Assembly (NCBI GenBank): GCA_046482545.1
Contig: JAWOEX010000022.1
Location: forward strand, 32,001 to 96,000
Length of the DNA stretch: 64,000 nt
Origin: Candidatus Thorarchaeota archaeon
Lineage (GTDB): Archaea > Asgardarchaeota > Thorarchaeia > Thorarchaeales > Thorarchaeaceae
Reading direction: 5' to 3'
Numbering within the stretch: position 1 is the first letter of the stretch; every line of letters begins with the position of its first letter. Below the pieces are notes generated by a model, which worked only from the letters and a program-made list of their open reading frames with translations, did no database searches and was not told the origin of the DNA. Of the stretch, positions 27,729-37,497 are shown piece after piece. The position numbers were made by a program, and so were the translations under genes.

Positions 27729-28763
27729 ATGGGTACAAAACTCGGATCGATTGTCCAGGCGGAGACACTCTCACTATCGGATTTATCTGGTCGTGAGATT
27801 GCAATAGACGCCTTCAATTCAATATATTCTTTCTTGGCGATAATCCGTCAGCCGGACGGCACTCCTCTCAAAGATCAAAAGGGGAGAGTAACAAGCCATT
27901 TGAGCGGCCTTTTCTACAGGAATATCAACCTACTTGAAAAGGGCATCTACCCTATTTATGTATTTGATGGAGAACCACCTGAGCTCAAGTCTGAAGAAAT
28001 AGAACGCAGAAAAAAGGTCAGAAAAGAAGCTCGGAAAGAATGGAAAAAAGCCAAGGAAGAAGGGCGGATAGAGGATGCTAGAAAGGCCGCCCAAGCAAGC
28101 TCTAAACTCACGGAAGAGATGGTCATCGATAGCGAGGCACTACTGTCTGCCCTAGGCATCCCTCATATACAAGCCCTCTCGGAAGGCGAAGCACTGGCCG
28201 CTCAGCTCGCAAGAGAAGATATGGTCTGGGCAAGTGCAAGCCAAGATAACGATTCCCTTCTCTATGGTTGTCCGCGCATGATACGCAATCTGACCATTTC
28301 AGGTCGCCGAAGATCTTCCTCTTCTACTGGTTATATCACTATCGAGCCTGAACTCATTGATCTTGACCTTAACCTCCGATTACTTGAAATATCCCGTGAG
28401 CAGCTAATAGATATAGCAATCCTAGTTGGTACTGACTACAATGATTCGCCTCCAGGTATTGGCCCCAAGACTGCCTTGAAGCTGGTCAAAGAACACGAAA
28501 ACCTTGAAGGGATAGAATCAGCAACTGATTTTGATTTTGATTTTCCATATGAAAGGATTCGTGGCATATTCTTGAACCCTCCTGTAGTAGAAGTAGAATC
28601 CCCAGAGTGGGTCGACCCAGACTTCGATGGCGTCCGACGGATTCTGTGTGATGCACATGATTTCAGCGAAAAAAGGGTTGATAGTTCCCTTGAGCGGCTC
28701 AAGGCTTCATTAGAAAAAATACGAGATACCACCCGACAAAGTGCTTTAGAAGATTTCTTCTAA
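27729..28763 (+). CDS. fen: flap endonuclease 1
   Basis: AIDAFN, TSHLSGLFYR, VFDG, SEGEA, SQDND, LVGTDY and C-terminal PIP box QSALEDFF. Confidence 0.98.
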   Translation: MGTKLGSIVQAETLSLSDLSGREIAIDAFNSIYSFLAIIRQPDGTPLKDQKGRVTSHLSGLFYRNINLLEKGIYPIYVFDGEPPELKSEEIERRKKVRKEARKEWKKAKEEGRIEDARKAAQASSKLTEEMVIDSEALLSALGIPHIQALSEGEALAAQLAREDMVWASASQDNDSLLYGCPRMIRNLTISGRRRSSSSTGYITIEPELIDLDLNLRLLEISREQLIDIAILVGTDYNDSPPGIGPKTALKLVKEHENLEGIESATDFDFDFPYERIRGIFLNPPVVEVESPEWVDPDFDGVRRILCDAHDFSEKRVDSSLERLKASLEKIRDTTRQSALEDFF

Positions 28764-28869
28764 TCAAAGACCAAAAAATCAATCCCATTCACAAACATTC
28801 AAGAACACTCTTCGGATGGACATGATAAATATGGTCTTGCACACACCTAGTTGTACATGGTGAAGCATA

Positions 28870-29577
28870 ATGATGCGTGAAAGAATGACAGCTGTTAGAG
28901 CCTGCGTAAGTGATATAGTCGACGGCAAATATGCGGATGATACCGGTCCCCATGTGGTTTCCCCTCATGGTGTAGAGCTTCGCCGTGTAGTACTACTCGG
29001 TTTTGTTGTCAACAAGTATACTGGTGATGGCAATTTTGCAAGTATAACGATAGATGACGGCACTGAAACTATCAGGGCTAAGGCTTGGGGAACTGAAGCT
29101 GCTTTACTCGAGGAAACCCCTGAAGAAAAGCTTGTGCTAGTTGTTGGCAAAATCCGAGAATATGAAGATGAGACATATGTTGTACCTGAAATAATAGAAG
29201 AAGTCGAAGACTCTAATCTCATGACCCTTCATCTGCTGGAACGATACCAAGCGTTGCTTACACGAACTGGTCTTTCGACATTGGAAACACCGCCGGAGGA
29301 AATATCGGAAACGCAATCAAGACAAGAAGAGACTCTCTCTACTGAAAACACACTTACCTCATACGCACACGAAGAAGACACAGCTGTCACGCTTTCTGAA
29401 CAGATACTTCAGTTCATCCAAAACAGAGCCGGTCAAGAAGGTGTCAAACTAAATGAAGTTGTCGAGCATTTCACAGCCAAGGGTGAGAAGAAATCAGATA
29501 TCACTCTGAAGGTTATCGATTTACAGGATACTCAGAGAATTCGCGAAGTAGAGATTGGCCGATATGTTTCCGTGTGA
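28870..29577 (+). CDS. RPA32-like single-stranded DNA-binding protein (OB fold plus C-terminal wHTH)
   Basis: RVVLLGFVV...TIDDGTETIRA OB fold, an acidic linker and a C-terminal winged helix. Confidence 0.8.
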   Translation: MMRERMTAVRACVSDIVDGKYADDTGPHVVSPHGVELRRVVLLGFVVNKYTGDGNFASITIDDGTETIRAKAWGTEAALLEETPEEKLVLVVGKIREYEDETYVVPEIIEEVEDSNLMTLHLLERYQALLTRTGLSTLETPPEEISETQSRQEETLSTENTLTSYAHEEDTAVTLSEQILQFIQNRAGQEGVKLNEVVEHFTAKGEKKSDITLKVIDLQDTQRIREVEIGRYVSV

Positions 29578-29618
29578 GAACAGAAGCTTCAATAAAGGAG
29601 AATGGAGAGAATCGTAGT

Positions 29619-30032
29619 ATGGAAGAATATGATAGCCTGCTGAAAAGAGGACGGTCACAGGTCCCGAAAGATGCATTTGACAAATCTGGTGAACGTTTCC
29701 AAGTGCCGGATGTTCAATTGATAGTCCAAGGTAACAGGACCATTTGGCAGAATTTCCAGGAGATAGTAGACATCCTGAATCGGCCCGGCAAGGAGGTACT
29801 GAAATACGTATCTGGCCAGCTGGCTACTGCAGGGACGATTGAAGGGGGGAATGCTATTTTCAATGGCAAGTTTTACTCACACAACGTGCAAAATGTGCTG
29901 GAGGAGTATATCCAGGACTACGTAATATGCCCTGTTTGTGGCAGGCCTGATACCCACGTGGAGAAAGAGAAGAACGCCTATTACTTGCGTTGTTCAGCAT
30001 GTGGAGCTCGAACATCAATCCGACCTGTATGA
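29619..30032 (+). CDS. eif2b: translation initiation factor aIF-2 beta
   Basis: Y..LL.R, ERF..P, GNRTI..NF and the YVICPVCGRPDT...CSACGA zinc finger. Confidence 0.95.
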   Translation: MEEYDSLLKRGRSQVPKDAFDKSGERFQVPDVQLIVQGNRTIWQNFQEIVDILNRPGKEVLKYVSGQLATAGTIEGGNAIFNGKFYSHNVQNVLEEYIQDYVICPVCGRPDTHVEKEKNAYYLRCSACGARTSIRPV

Positions 30033-30042
30033 AGGGAGTAAG

Positions 30043-30345
30043 ATGACAGTGAAGGTCTATATGCGGGTTCAAGAGACAATGGAGCACTATCTTGTGGCGA
30101 TGTGCGACAAGGGTTTGCTGAATAAGACATTAGTCAAAGGCGATCTTGAGTTCAAGGTAAATCCCGAATTCTATGGAGACGAGCTGGTGCAAATTGATGA
30201 GTGCCTTGAACACCTTAAGAAGGCCACAATTGTAAACATGGTGGGCAAGACGACTGTGGATGCAGCAATGGAAGCTGGAATGGTTCACAAGAGCGCGGTA
30301 GTTTACATCGAGGGACACCCGCATGCTCAATGGTTGCAGCTCTAA
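30043..30345 (+). CDS. DUF424 family protein
   Basis: LVAMCD..LL, FYG, ATIVNMVG and I.G.PHAQ; typical neighbour of aIF-2 beta. Confidence 0.85.
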   Translation: MTVKVYMRVQETMEHYLVAMCDKGLLNKTLVKGDLEFKVNPEFYGDELVQIDECLEHLKKATIVNMVGKTTVDAAMEAGMVHKSAVVYIEGHPHAQWLQL

Positions 30346-30436
30346 AACTAACAATAATAAGCCATTTTTGGAATTCTATCCCCAAGCATGAAAACTCAAA
30401 ATATACAATACTATATATTCTAAGTAGCCGTTTTCA

Positions 30437-30487
30437 ATAATCCGTTTCTTACAGGGTGAATGAACTCAACTTGCCTGAAACTTCTAT
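30437..30487. repeat. copy D (terminal-hairpin relic) of the structured element family
   Basis: ataatccgtttcttacagggtgaatgaactcaacttgcctgaaacttctat aligns with copy B ataacccgcttcttacagttcagcaaactcaacctgtttgaatcttctat. Confidence 0.65.
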
Positions 30488-30552
30488 TACTTCGTGACCT
30501 ACTGGTAGATATCCGGCGACTTTAAAGCAGATATGAAGTATTCCAAAATGAG

Positions 30553-31656
30553 TTGATTGCATTGAGACCTCCTTGCTACCTGTGTGGAAAACCTGCAGTT
30601 GTTGAGGGGTTATGTACGGAGTGCTACAATGAAGAGCACCCGCTTATCAGGGTAGACACCCCTCTTCGAATGCTCATCTGTGACAGGTGTGGCGCTGTTA
30701 AGATGCAGGGTCGTTGGAAACAAATCACAGAGCGCATCTCGAGTCCTGAGGAGCTCATTGCTATCCAACTAGAAATCCTTCTTGACAAGGAAGTAGAAAT
30801 GGTAGCCGAAGATGTGACCTATTCAGTGATACAGAAGAAGAGGCTGGATCGAGTTGTGTATATCGATATTATAGCTCACGGGTGTTCACATCCTGAACTC
30901 ACTCCCCACACAGAAACGCATGAGGTCGAAGTTCGACTTGATTATGGGACATGTGACAGTTGTGGAATGATGAGGGGTGGTTATCATGAGGCAATACTAC
31001 AAATCCGCGCAGACGATCGAAAGCTAACTAAAGCTGAGGAAGATGAGATTCTCGAGACTGCGACAGACCTCACAATTGGGGAGTATGGCAAAGATAGTAT
31101 GGCATACATAACCGAAATCAGGCGAACCAAATATGGCATTGATATCAAGATTGGTTCAGAACATCTTTGTCGGATGATATCCGATGATTTGGAATCACGC
31201 TATTTGGCTGATCGCAAGCAGACGTACAAACTGATTGGTCAGGAATCTGATGGCAAGGAGAAGTACCGAACAACCATACTACTGAGATTACCACACTTCA
31301 AGGAGGGCGATTTTGTAGAGGTTGCTGGTACTCCCTGTCAAGTTCGTGCTATGGGAAAAGGGGGTCTCGTTTGTTATGATTTTGTAGACGGTAGTGAGTT
31401 CACGGTATCACCACGTAGCAACAAATGGCAAGAAATTGAATTCCTAGCGTCAGAATCTAAAAAACAAGAGTATATGGTTATCTCCAAGGCTTATGGAGAG
31501 CCCATTCAACTGATGAATTCAGGAACCTACAAGGTGGAAAATCTGCCCGAGAGCTCTTTGACTTCTAATCTGGAGAATGGGGACAAGATAATGGCTGTCA
31601 AGCTACAGGGTAAGCTCTTTTATATTCCCTCTCCAGCTGCCTGTTCTGTAAAATAA
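30553..31656 (+). CDS. nmd3: NMD3-family ribosome biogenesis protein
   Basis: Four CxxC pairs, GYHEAILQIR and G.EKYR.TILLR. Confidence 0.88.
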   Translation: MIALRPPCYLCGKPAVVEGLCTECYNEEHPLIRVDTPLRMLICDRCGAVKMQGRWKQITERISSPEELIAIQLEILLDKEVEMVAEDVTYSVIQKKRLDRVVYIDIIAHGCSHPELTPHTETHEVEVRLDYGTCDSCGMMRGGYHEAILQIRADDRKLTKAEEDEILETATDLTIGEYGKDSMAYITEIRRTKYGIDIKIGSEHLCRMISDDLESRYLADRKQTYKLIGQESDGKEKYRTTILLRLPHFKEGDFVEVAGTPCQVRAMGKGGLVCYDFVDGSEFTVSPRSNKWQEIEFLASESKKQEYMVISKAYGEPIQLMNSGTYKVENLPESSLTSNLENGDKIMAVKLQGKLFYIPSPAACSVK

Positions 31657-31903
31657 ATCAAATCTCAAGCGAGTTTTGTTGGAGAAAGTGTGCAAATCTC
31701 AACATAAGACCACCAATACCACCTTATCTTATCACTAGTGGCAATGTTTCTGAGATGATTATATGGCTTATTTTATAGAGCCTGAGATGCCAGACCGTGA
31801 ATGTTGGGCTCATTCTCTTGGAGATGTCGTTAGCCTTAAATGTCCTCTACAGAAGCTCCTTGCAAGGTCAAATAGTGTTCTAGATGGCCTTGGAGATGTC
31901 GTT

Positions 31904-32221
31904 TTGGCCCGCGGAAAAAAATCAAATGATGACGAGCAACCGATGCGTGTCCGTGTTCCCGACAGTGATGAAGGCGAGCAATTTGGAATAATAGTTCAGA
32001 TGTTGGGACATGATCGTGTCAGAGTTAGATGTGAAGATGGCCAGATGCGCGTGGGGCGGATTCCCGGTCGCATGAAGAAGAGAATCTGGATGCGGGTTGG
32101 AGATACTGTCCTGATTGTACCTTGGGCTTTTCAAAGCGATGAGAAATGTGATGTTATCTGGCGGTACAGGGGTAACGAGGTCGATTGGTTGGAACGGAAA
32201 GGCATATTGGAAATGTTCTAG
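31904..32221 (+). CDS. eif1a: translation initiation factor aIF-1A
   Basis: MLG..RV.V.C.DG..R.GRIPG.MKKRIW...GD.VL..PW. TTG start after GGAG. Confidence 0.95.
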   Translation: MARGKKSNDDEQPMRVRVPDSDEGEQFGIIVQMLGHDRVRVRCEDGQMRVGRIPGRMKKRIWMRVGDTVLIVPWAFQSDEKCDVIWRYRGNEVDWLERKGILEMF

Positions 32222-32292
32222 AACAGGCCAAATTCTGATTTTATCTTTTTTTGTCTTTCAAGGGCCAAAGATAGGGTTAAGGTGGGATTGAT

Positions 32293-33096
32293 ATGGCACG
32301 ACGAGAAGAAGAGTATGATGATATCCTTTCACGATTTGAGAAAGCAGAAGAAGATGAGGATAAGAAGAAGAGAAAGGACTCTGACGAACTGAAAGTTGTT
32401 GAGGGCGTAATCGACCCGCCAACCCTTAAGATATTGTACAATCTTCTCAATCGTGGCATCATTGACTCTGTACATGGTATTATCAGCGCTGGTAAGGAAG
32501 CAAACGTCTATCGTGGACAGAAACTAGATGATACATATGTTGCAATCAAAATCTATCGTATGACCACAGCACAGAAAGAGTACATGCAGAATTACATCGT
32601 TGGTGATCCTCGTTTCAAGCGGGTTGGAACTGGTGCAAGGTCTTTGATTCCTCAGTGGGCTAACAAGGAGTACAAGAATCTACAGCGGTTTCATGAATCA
32701 GGAGTGAGAGTGCCTGAGCCAATTGCCGTAAAACGTAATGTGTTGGTGATGGAATTCATCGGGGATGATGAAGAGGGTCTGCAAGCTCCCCTTCTCAAGG
32801 ATATTGAGGTTCCTGAACCCGAAGAAGTATTCAATGAAGTCATGGATATGATTCTTTGTGGATATCGGGATGCGGACCTAGTTCATGCAGATTTAAGTGA
32901 GTTCAATATCATGTGGTATGGTGGACCTGTTCTCATTGATGTATCACAAGCAGTTCTGACAGCTCACCCGCGCGCATCTGAGTTCCTCTTTCGCGATATT
33001 CAAAACATCACCCGATACTTTAACCGTCTAGATGTACAAACAGAAAGCCCGGCAAGAATGACTGAAGAAATTCTATCCTCCGTAGGTGAAAATTAG
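32293..33096 (+). CDS. rio1: RIO1 atypical serine kinase
   Basis: ISAGKEANVY, AIKIY, WA.KE..NL, LVHADLSEFN, IDVSQAV. Confidence 0.95.
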   Translation: MARREEEYDDILSRFEKAEEDEDKKKRKDSDELKVVEGVIDPPTLKILYNLLNRGIIDSVHGIISAGKEANVYRGQKLDDTYVAIKIYRMTTAQKEYMQNYIVGDPRFKRVGTGARSLIPQWANKEYKNLQRFHESGVRVPEPIAVKRNVLVMEFIGDDEEGLQAPLLKDIEVPEPEEVFNEVMDMILCGYRDADLVHADLSEFNIMWYGGPVLIDVSQAVLTAHPRASEFLFRDIQNITRYFNRLDVQTESPARMTEEILSSVGEN

Positions 33097-33097
33097 C

Positions 33098-33664
33098 ATG
33101 TTGTTTCAAGAGACAATAAAGGTACCACGCGACCGAATCGGCGTGATTGTGGGTCGCGATGGAAAAATCAAGAAGCGACTGGAAGATATGACGAACGTGG
33201 ATGTAGAAATCTCTGATGAAGGAGTAGTCAAACTTACCGGTCATGAAGATTCACAGAATCCTGTACTCGCCTGGAAGGCTCGGAATATTATTCGTGCCAT
33301 GGCCAGGGGTTTCAGTCCAGAGAATGCATTCACCCTTATGGATGATGACGCCAGGCTCGTGATAATCTCACTGCGAGACATTGTCGGCTCTTCTCCTCGT
33401 CAAATCAGAAGAGTTGCTGGGAGGATAATTGGTGAAGATGGCAAGACACGCAAAATAATTGAGCAGACGACTGAGACTATAGTCTCAGTCTATGGTTACA
33501 CCGTTTCAATTATCGGCTACTATCCTGGTCTTGATTATGCTCGTAAAGCTATTAATCTGCTGATTTCTGGTGCTCCTCACAGTAGCGTCTATTCTAGATT
33601 AGAAAGTATGCGTCGCGATTTGAATCGCTATAAAGCACAGATTTGGGAAGAAAGCGACTTCTAA
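33098..33664 (+). CDS. KH-domain RNA-processing protein (Dim2/Pno1 homolog)
   Basis: RIGVIVGRDG, ARGFSPE, GRIIGEDGKTR, GAPHS.VY. Confidence 0.92.
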   Translation: MLFQETIKVPRDRIGVIVGRDGKIKKRLEDMTNVDVEISDEGVVKLTGHEDSQNPVLAWKARNIIRAMARGFSPENAFTLMDDDARLVIISLRDIVGSSPRQIRRVAGRIIGEDGKTRKIIEQTTETIVSVYGYTVSIIGYYPGLDYARKAINLLISGAPHSSVYSRLESMRRDLNRYKAQIWEESDF

Positions 33665-33724
33665 CTTGATGGGCGTAATACTGAATACTATAATCTTGCC
33701 AGTCAAAGATTTGTTTGGCATAGA

Positions 33725-35239
33725 ATGACACAGAGTCCAAGCAGAGTATTCACCAGCATTTCGCCAGCGGAGTTCTTCTACCGAAATCGCCAGATGGCCG
33801 GTTTCGGGAATCCCACACAAGCTGTCTATTCCGCAGTGCGCGAGCTTGTTGAAAACAGTCTTGATTCTTGCGAAGATGCAGGTAGAAGACCCAAAATTAA
33901 GGTGGAAATAGATGAATCCCCTTCGGGTGTCGTTCGTATCTCGGTTTCAGACAATGGTGAAGGCATCCCTGATGCACATGTTGCTAATTCATTTGGTCGT
34001 GTACTTTACGGCAGCAAGTATCTTTCCCGTCAAAGACGTGGTACTTTCGGACTTGGAGTGACAATGGCCGTACTCTATGGACAGATAACCACGGAGAATC
34101 CAGTTAAGATATACACCTGCACAGAGAGAGAGAACACAGGAAGGACCTACGAATTATTCATTGATGTTGAAAACAACAGGCCAATTATCCTATCTGTCGA
34201 GCATGTGAATCGAAACACAATCGGAACATCAGTTCGCATCACCATGAAAGGTTCCGTTTCCAGAGCCTATGATCGGATAGTTGATTATCTCAAGCTGACT
34301 TCTGTCTCTACCCCCCATTCCCAGATTAAGCTTGTACGTGGTGGGAAATTGGAGTTTTCCATTGGCCCATTGTGTGATACGCTACCTCCATCTCCCGTTC
34401 CAGTAAAACCGCATCCACATGCTGCTGATATGGAACTGCTCCGAAGGTTGGTCAAGAAACGGTCTGAAACACCCCTTCGTCAGTTCCTTCAGAAATCCTT
34501 CCAGCAAGTTGGTCGTGTTACTTCTTCGAAAATAATCGACTTTCTTGCTATGAATCCACAGCGAGAAGTTGGCGCTCTGGATCGTTCAGAGATAAATAGG
34601 TTAAGTACGGTTCTCCAGAACTTTAAGGGGCTTGGTCGCCCAACTACTGAGTGTCTTAGCCCGATAGGGGAACATGCTTTCATGAATGCTGTATGTCAAA
34701 CATATGACGCAGCTGATGTTGGTTATGCAACAAAAGGGCCATTCGAATGGAGTGGCCATCCATTCATTGTTGAGGGCGTAGTTGCTATTGGTGGAAATTT
34801 ACAGAAGACCAAAACTCCCATACTACACCGTTTCACAAATCGAGTTCCTCTCCTTTATGACGCTAGTGAAGATGTAATGACCAAGGTTCTCAATGGGATC
34901 AACTGGTCCAGATATGGTCTCACTACATCAAAAAGAGTGGGCTTGTTCATTCATTTCTGCTCAACACGGGTGCCCTACAAAGCTACTGGCAAACAGTCAG
35001 TGGCAGGTGAAGAGGATATAGAATCGCAACTTGCCTTGCTCTATAAAGAACTCGGTAGATACCTAAGACGCATGACGAAGGACAAGAGAAAACGGGCTAG
35101 AAGAATAAAGGAAGCAAAGAAGCATTCAAAATGGCTCACTCTGATTGCTGAACTTGGTACAGAACTATCTGGAGCAGATGAGGTTCCCCCAACTCGGCCT
35201 TTAGTCGAAGATCTTTTCGAGGTGAATCTTGATGTCTAG
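33725..35239 (+). CDS. top6B: DNA topoisomerase VI subunit B
   Basis: SPAEFFYRN, ELVENSLD, DNG.GI and RG.FGLG (GHKL ATPase), plus RF.NRVPL and GKQSV. Confidence 0.96.
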   Translation: MTQSPSRVFTSISPAEFFYRNRQMAGFGNPTQAVYSAVRELVENSLDSCEDAGRRPKIKVEIDESPSGVVRISVSDNGEGIPDAHVANSFGRVLYGSKYLSRQRRGTFGLGVTMAVLYGQITTENPVKIYTCTERENTGRTYELFIDVENNRPIILSVEHVNRNTIGTSVRITMKGSVSRAYDRIVDYLKLTSVSTPHSQIKLVRGGKLEFSIGPLCDTLPPSPVPVKPHPHAADMELLRRLVKKRSETPLRQFLQKSFQQVGRVTSSKIIDFLAMNPQREVGALDRSEINRLSTVLQNFKGLGRPTTECLSPIGEHAFMNAVCQTYDAADVGYATKGPFEWSGHPFIVEGVVAIGGNLQKTKTPILHRFTNRVPLLYDASEDVMTKVLNGINWSRYGLTTSKRVGLFIHFCSTRVPYKATGKQSVAGEEDIESQLALLYKELGRYLRRMTKDKRKRARRIKEAKKHSKWLTLIAELGTELSGADEVPPTRPLVEDLFEVNLDV

Positions 35240-36284
35240 CTTCGATGATGCGCAAGATGCTCTGTATAATCTGGGTAAACAGATCGTGGATTCACTTAAT
35301 GATGGCGACTTTCCTGCTTTGCAACTTCCCGACAGGACTACGAACAACATCCTCTTTGATGAGACAACAGGCCAATTTGTTCTTGGTGGCTCACACGTTA
35401 CTAGGGACTCCAAGAATACCAAACACATCAAGAGTCTGTCTCAATTGATGTGGGTTGCTGCTTTTGCCAAGAAACTTCTAGGTGCACAAAGAACAAGTTC
35501 GCTAAGAGACCTTTACTATTCGAGTGACGGTGAGGACGTCAAATTCTCTAGTCAATCAGAATCGGATAGAATCGTTGCCGACTTGGAATCATTTACGGGG
35601 CTGGCTCGTGAGGATTTTGGTATCTTTCCGGAGGAACACTCATCGGTATATGGGCATGTAAAGATGGAATATACCGTTCCAGGCTACGAGGGGCGTGAAG
35701 TTGATCTCACCATCAGCCCAGATGGTTTGCCCATAGGTCCCGCTCTCATGACTGCAGAACCATTACATACTGATGCAGATCTTGTTCTTGCGGTGGAATC
35801 CGGTGGTATGTTTTCCCGCCTCATTGAGACAAATGCATGGGAGAAATTCAATGCTGTTCTAGTGCAGCTCGGAGGTCAACCTCCCAGAGCCACCAGACGG
35901 CTGATGAAGAGGCTCCATGAATACCTCGATCTTCCACTGTACATATTCACTGACGGTGATCCATGGGGTCTCCATATAGCTAAGGTGATTATCTGTGGGA
36001 GTGCAAGCTCTGCCCACATCAGGGGTTTGACAATCCCAGAAGCTCACTGGATTGGTGTCACTGCTGCTGATATTGTAGACTATGAGTTGCCAACCGAACC
36101 AATGACCGATACGGATATGAAACGCTTGGATGAGCTCAAGGGAGATATTCGCTACAAGGATCCAGAATGGCAAGCATATATCGATGACTTCAAGAAGATA
36201 CGAAAGAAAGCGGAACAACAGGCTTTTAGTCGTCATGGCATGGATTATGTTGTGAATGTCTATCTTCCAAATAAGCTGGATTAG
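35232..36284 (+). CDS. top6A: DNA topoisomerase VI subunit A
   Basis: SLRDLYY (catalytic Tyr), Toprim AVE.GG and TDGDPWG, KAEQQA. Confidence 0.96.
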   Translation: MSSFDDAQDALYNLGKQIVDSLNDGDFPALQLPDRTTNNILFDETTGQFVLGGSHVTRDSKNTKHIKSLSQLMWVAAFAKKLLGAQRTSSLRDLYYSSDGEDVKFSSQSESDRIVADLESFTGLAREDFGIFPEEHSSVYGHVKMEYTVPGYEGREVDLTISPDGLPIGPALMTAEPLHTDADLVLAVESGGMFSRLIETNAWEKFNAVLVQLGGQPPRATRRLMKRLHEYLDLPLYIFTDGDPWGLHIAKVIICGSASSAHIRGLTIPEAHWIGVTAADIVDYELPTEPMTDTDMKRLDELKGDIRYKDPEWQAYIDDFKKIRKKAEQQAFSRHGMDYVVNVYLPNKLD

Positions 36285-36295
36285 CTTATCCAGTA

Positions 36296-37321
36296 TTACA
36301 CTCCAGATACAAGCAGGAGAATTACACCTCCGTAAGCGATTATTCCCTGCAACAAAATCAAAAATGTGACATTTTTCTTCTCACTAATACCGTCGAAGAA
36401 ATGGGGGAGCAACCAGTATATTGTATAAGGCCCAGCAACCGAAAGACTACCATCTTCTCTTGGTTCTGCAAATTTCTGGTATTCCATTCCCGTTCTTTTT
36501 ACGTCCAATCTATACACAAGATACAATACGAAATTCAGTAAGAAGGGCGTGTACAGGATAACTGCTAGTCGATTCATGTTCCCTATGATGAGCGACGCTG
36601 CCATGGCTGCTCCCATTGGCAGTCTTCCCACATCTCCCGGCAGAACCTTCGCTGGATACTTATTGAACGCAAAGAAGACGATAGAGGCCCCCAGAAGCGA
36701 AGCTGCGATAGTTGCTCCATCTATCTGGTGTTGACCGAGGCTTCTCTCCGTGAGGAGAGGTTTCAATACTATATACGCTAATATGGCTGATGAATTCACA
36801 ATACTGAGGCCGCTCTCAAGGCCATTCATTCCGCCATACATATTCGTACTATCTATGATAAAGGTAGTCATCAATGGAACCACAACCAACGGATATGCCC
36901 ACAGCAGATTAACCTCTCCTATGAGGGGTATGGCCATCGTTGTAGTTCCCACATTTAGTGCCATGAGCGGGATAGAGGCAACTATTGGCACGATAATCTT
37001 TGTCCTATCTCTGAAATCCAAATTATCATCTAAAAGACCAACCATCCCTGCCATGAGTATTGAAACCAATGCACCAAGTATGGCGGGATTTACAGCATTG
37101 TCCAAAACAAAAGTGGAGAAACCGACTATAACCAACAAAGAGCTCACGATGGCAAATAGAAGAATAAACCCTCCGCCTTTTGGAACCTTATGCTTGCTCT
37201 TTTTATGGATATCCTCGGCCAGACGTTTCCTATCCTCCAGCATTTCTATCGTATTTGGTAAGAACACTAGCATGATTACTATTGATATGACAAATGCCAT
37301 GAGAATTATGAACAAGTTCAT
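36296..37321 (-). CDS. UDP-GlcNAc:dolichyl-phosphate GlcNAc-1-phosphate transferase (Alg7/DPAGT1/AglH-like, GT4/MraY family)
   Basis: DIHK...VP..GG, GLLDD, NMYGGMNGLE, FNKYPAKVLPGD.G and about 10 TM helices. Confidence 0.88.
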   Translation of the reverse strand: MNLFIILMAFVISIVIMLVFLPNTIEMLEDRKRLAEDIHKKSKHKVPKGGGFILLFAIVSSLLVIVGFSTFVLDNAVNPAILGALVSILMAGMVGLLDDNLDFRDRTKIIVPIVASIPLMALNVGTTTMAIPLIGEVNLLWAYPLVVVPLMTTFIIDSTNMYGGMNGLESGLSIVNSSAILAYIVLKPLLTERSLGQHQIDGATIAASLLGASIVFFAFNKYPAKVLPGDVGRLPMGAAMAASLIIGNMNRLAVILYTPFLLNFVLYLVYRLDVKRTGMEYQKFAEPREDGSLSVAGPYTIYWLLPHFFDGISEKKNVTFLILLQGIIAYGGVILLLVSGV

Positions 37322-37497
37322 ACCTCATGTCACGCTGCATTTGTAATACCTTTTAACACTTCTCTAGTAAATAAGATTGTACGGACATTGTACGTCCGAA
37401 ATCTATTTTAGCGAACCAGAAGCTGAGCGAATTGTTCGTAGTGTATCCTGACTGTACACTGCACTTTCACGAACAAGCAAACCAAGGTGATTAAATC

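Noticed and set aside
31904-36284. TopoVI-A as a Spo11-like novelty
   Set aside because: aIF-1A-RIO1-KH-top6B-top6A is the standard conserved archaeal cluster and the motifs are ordinary.
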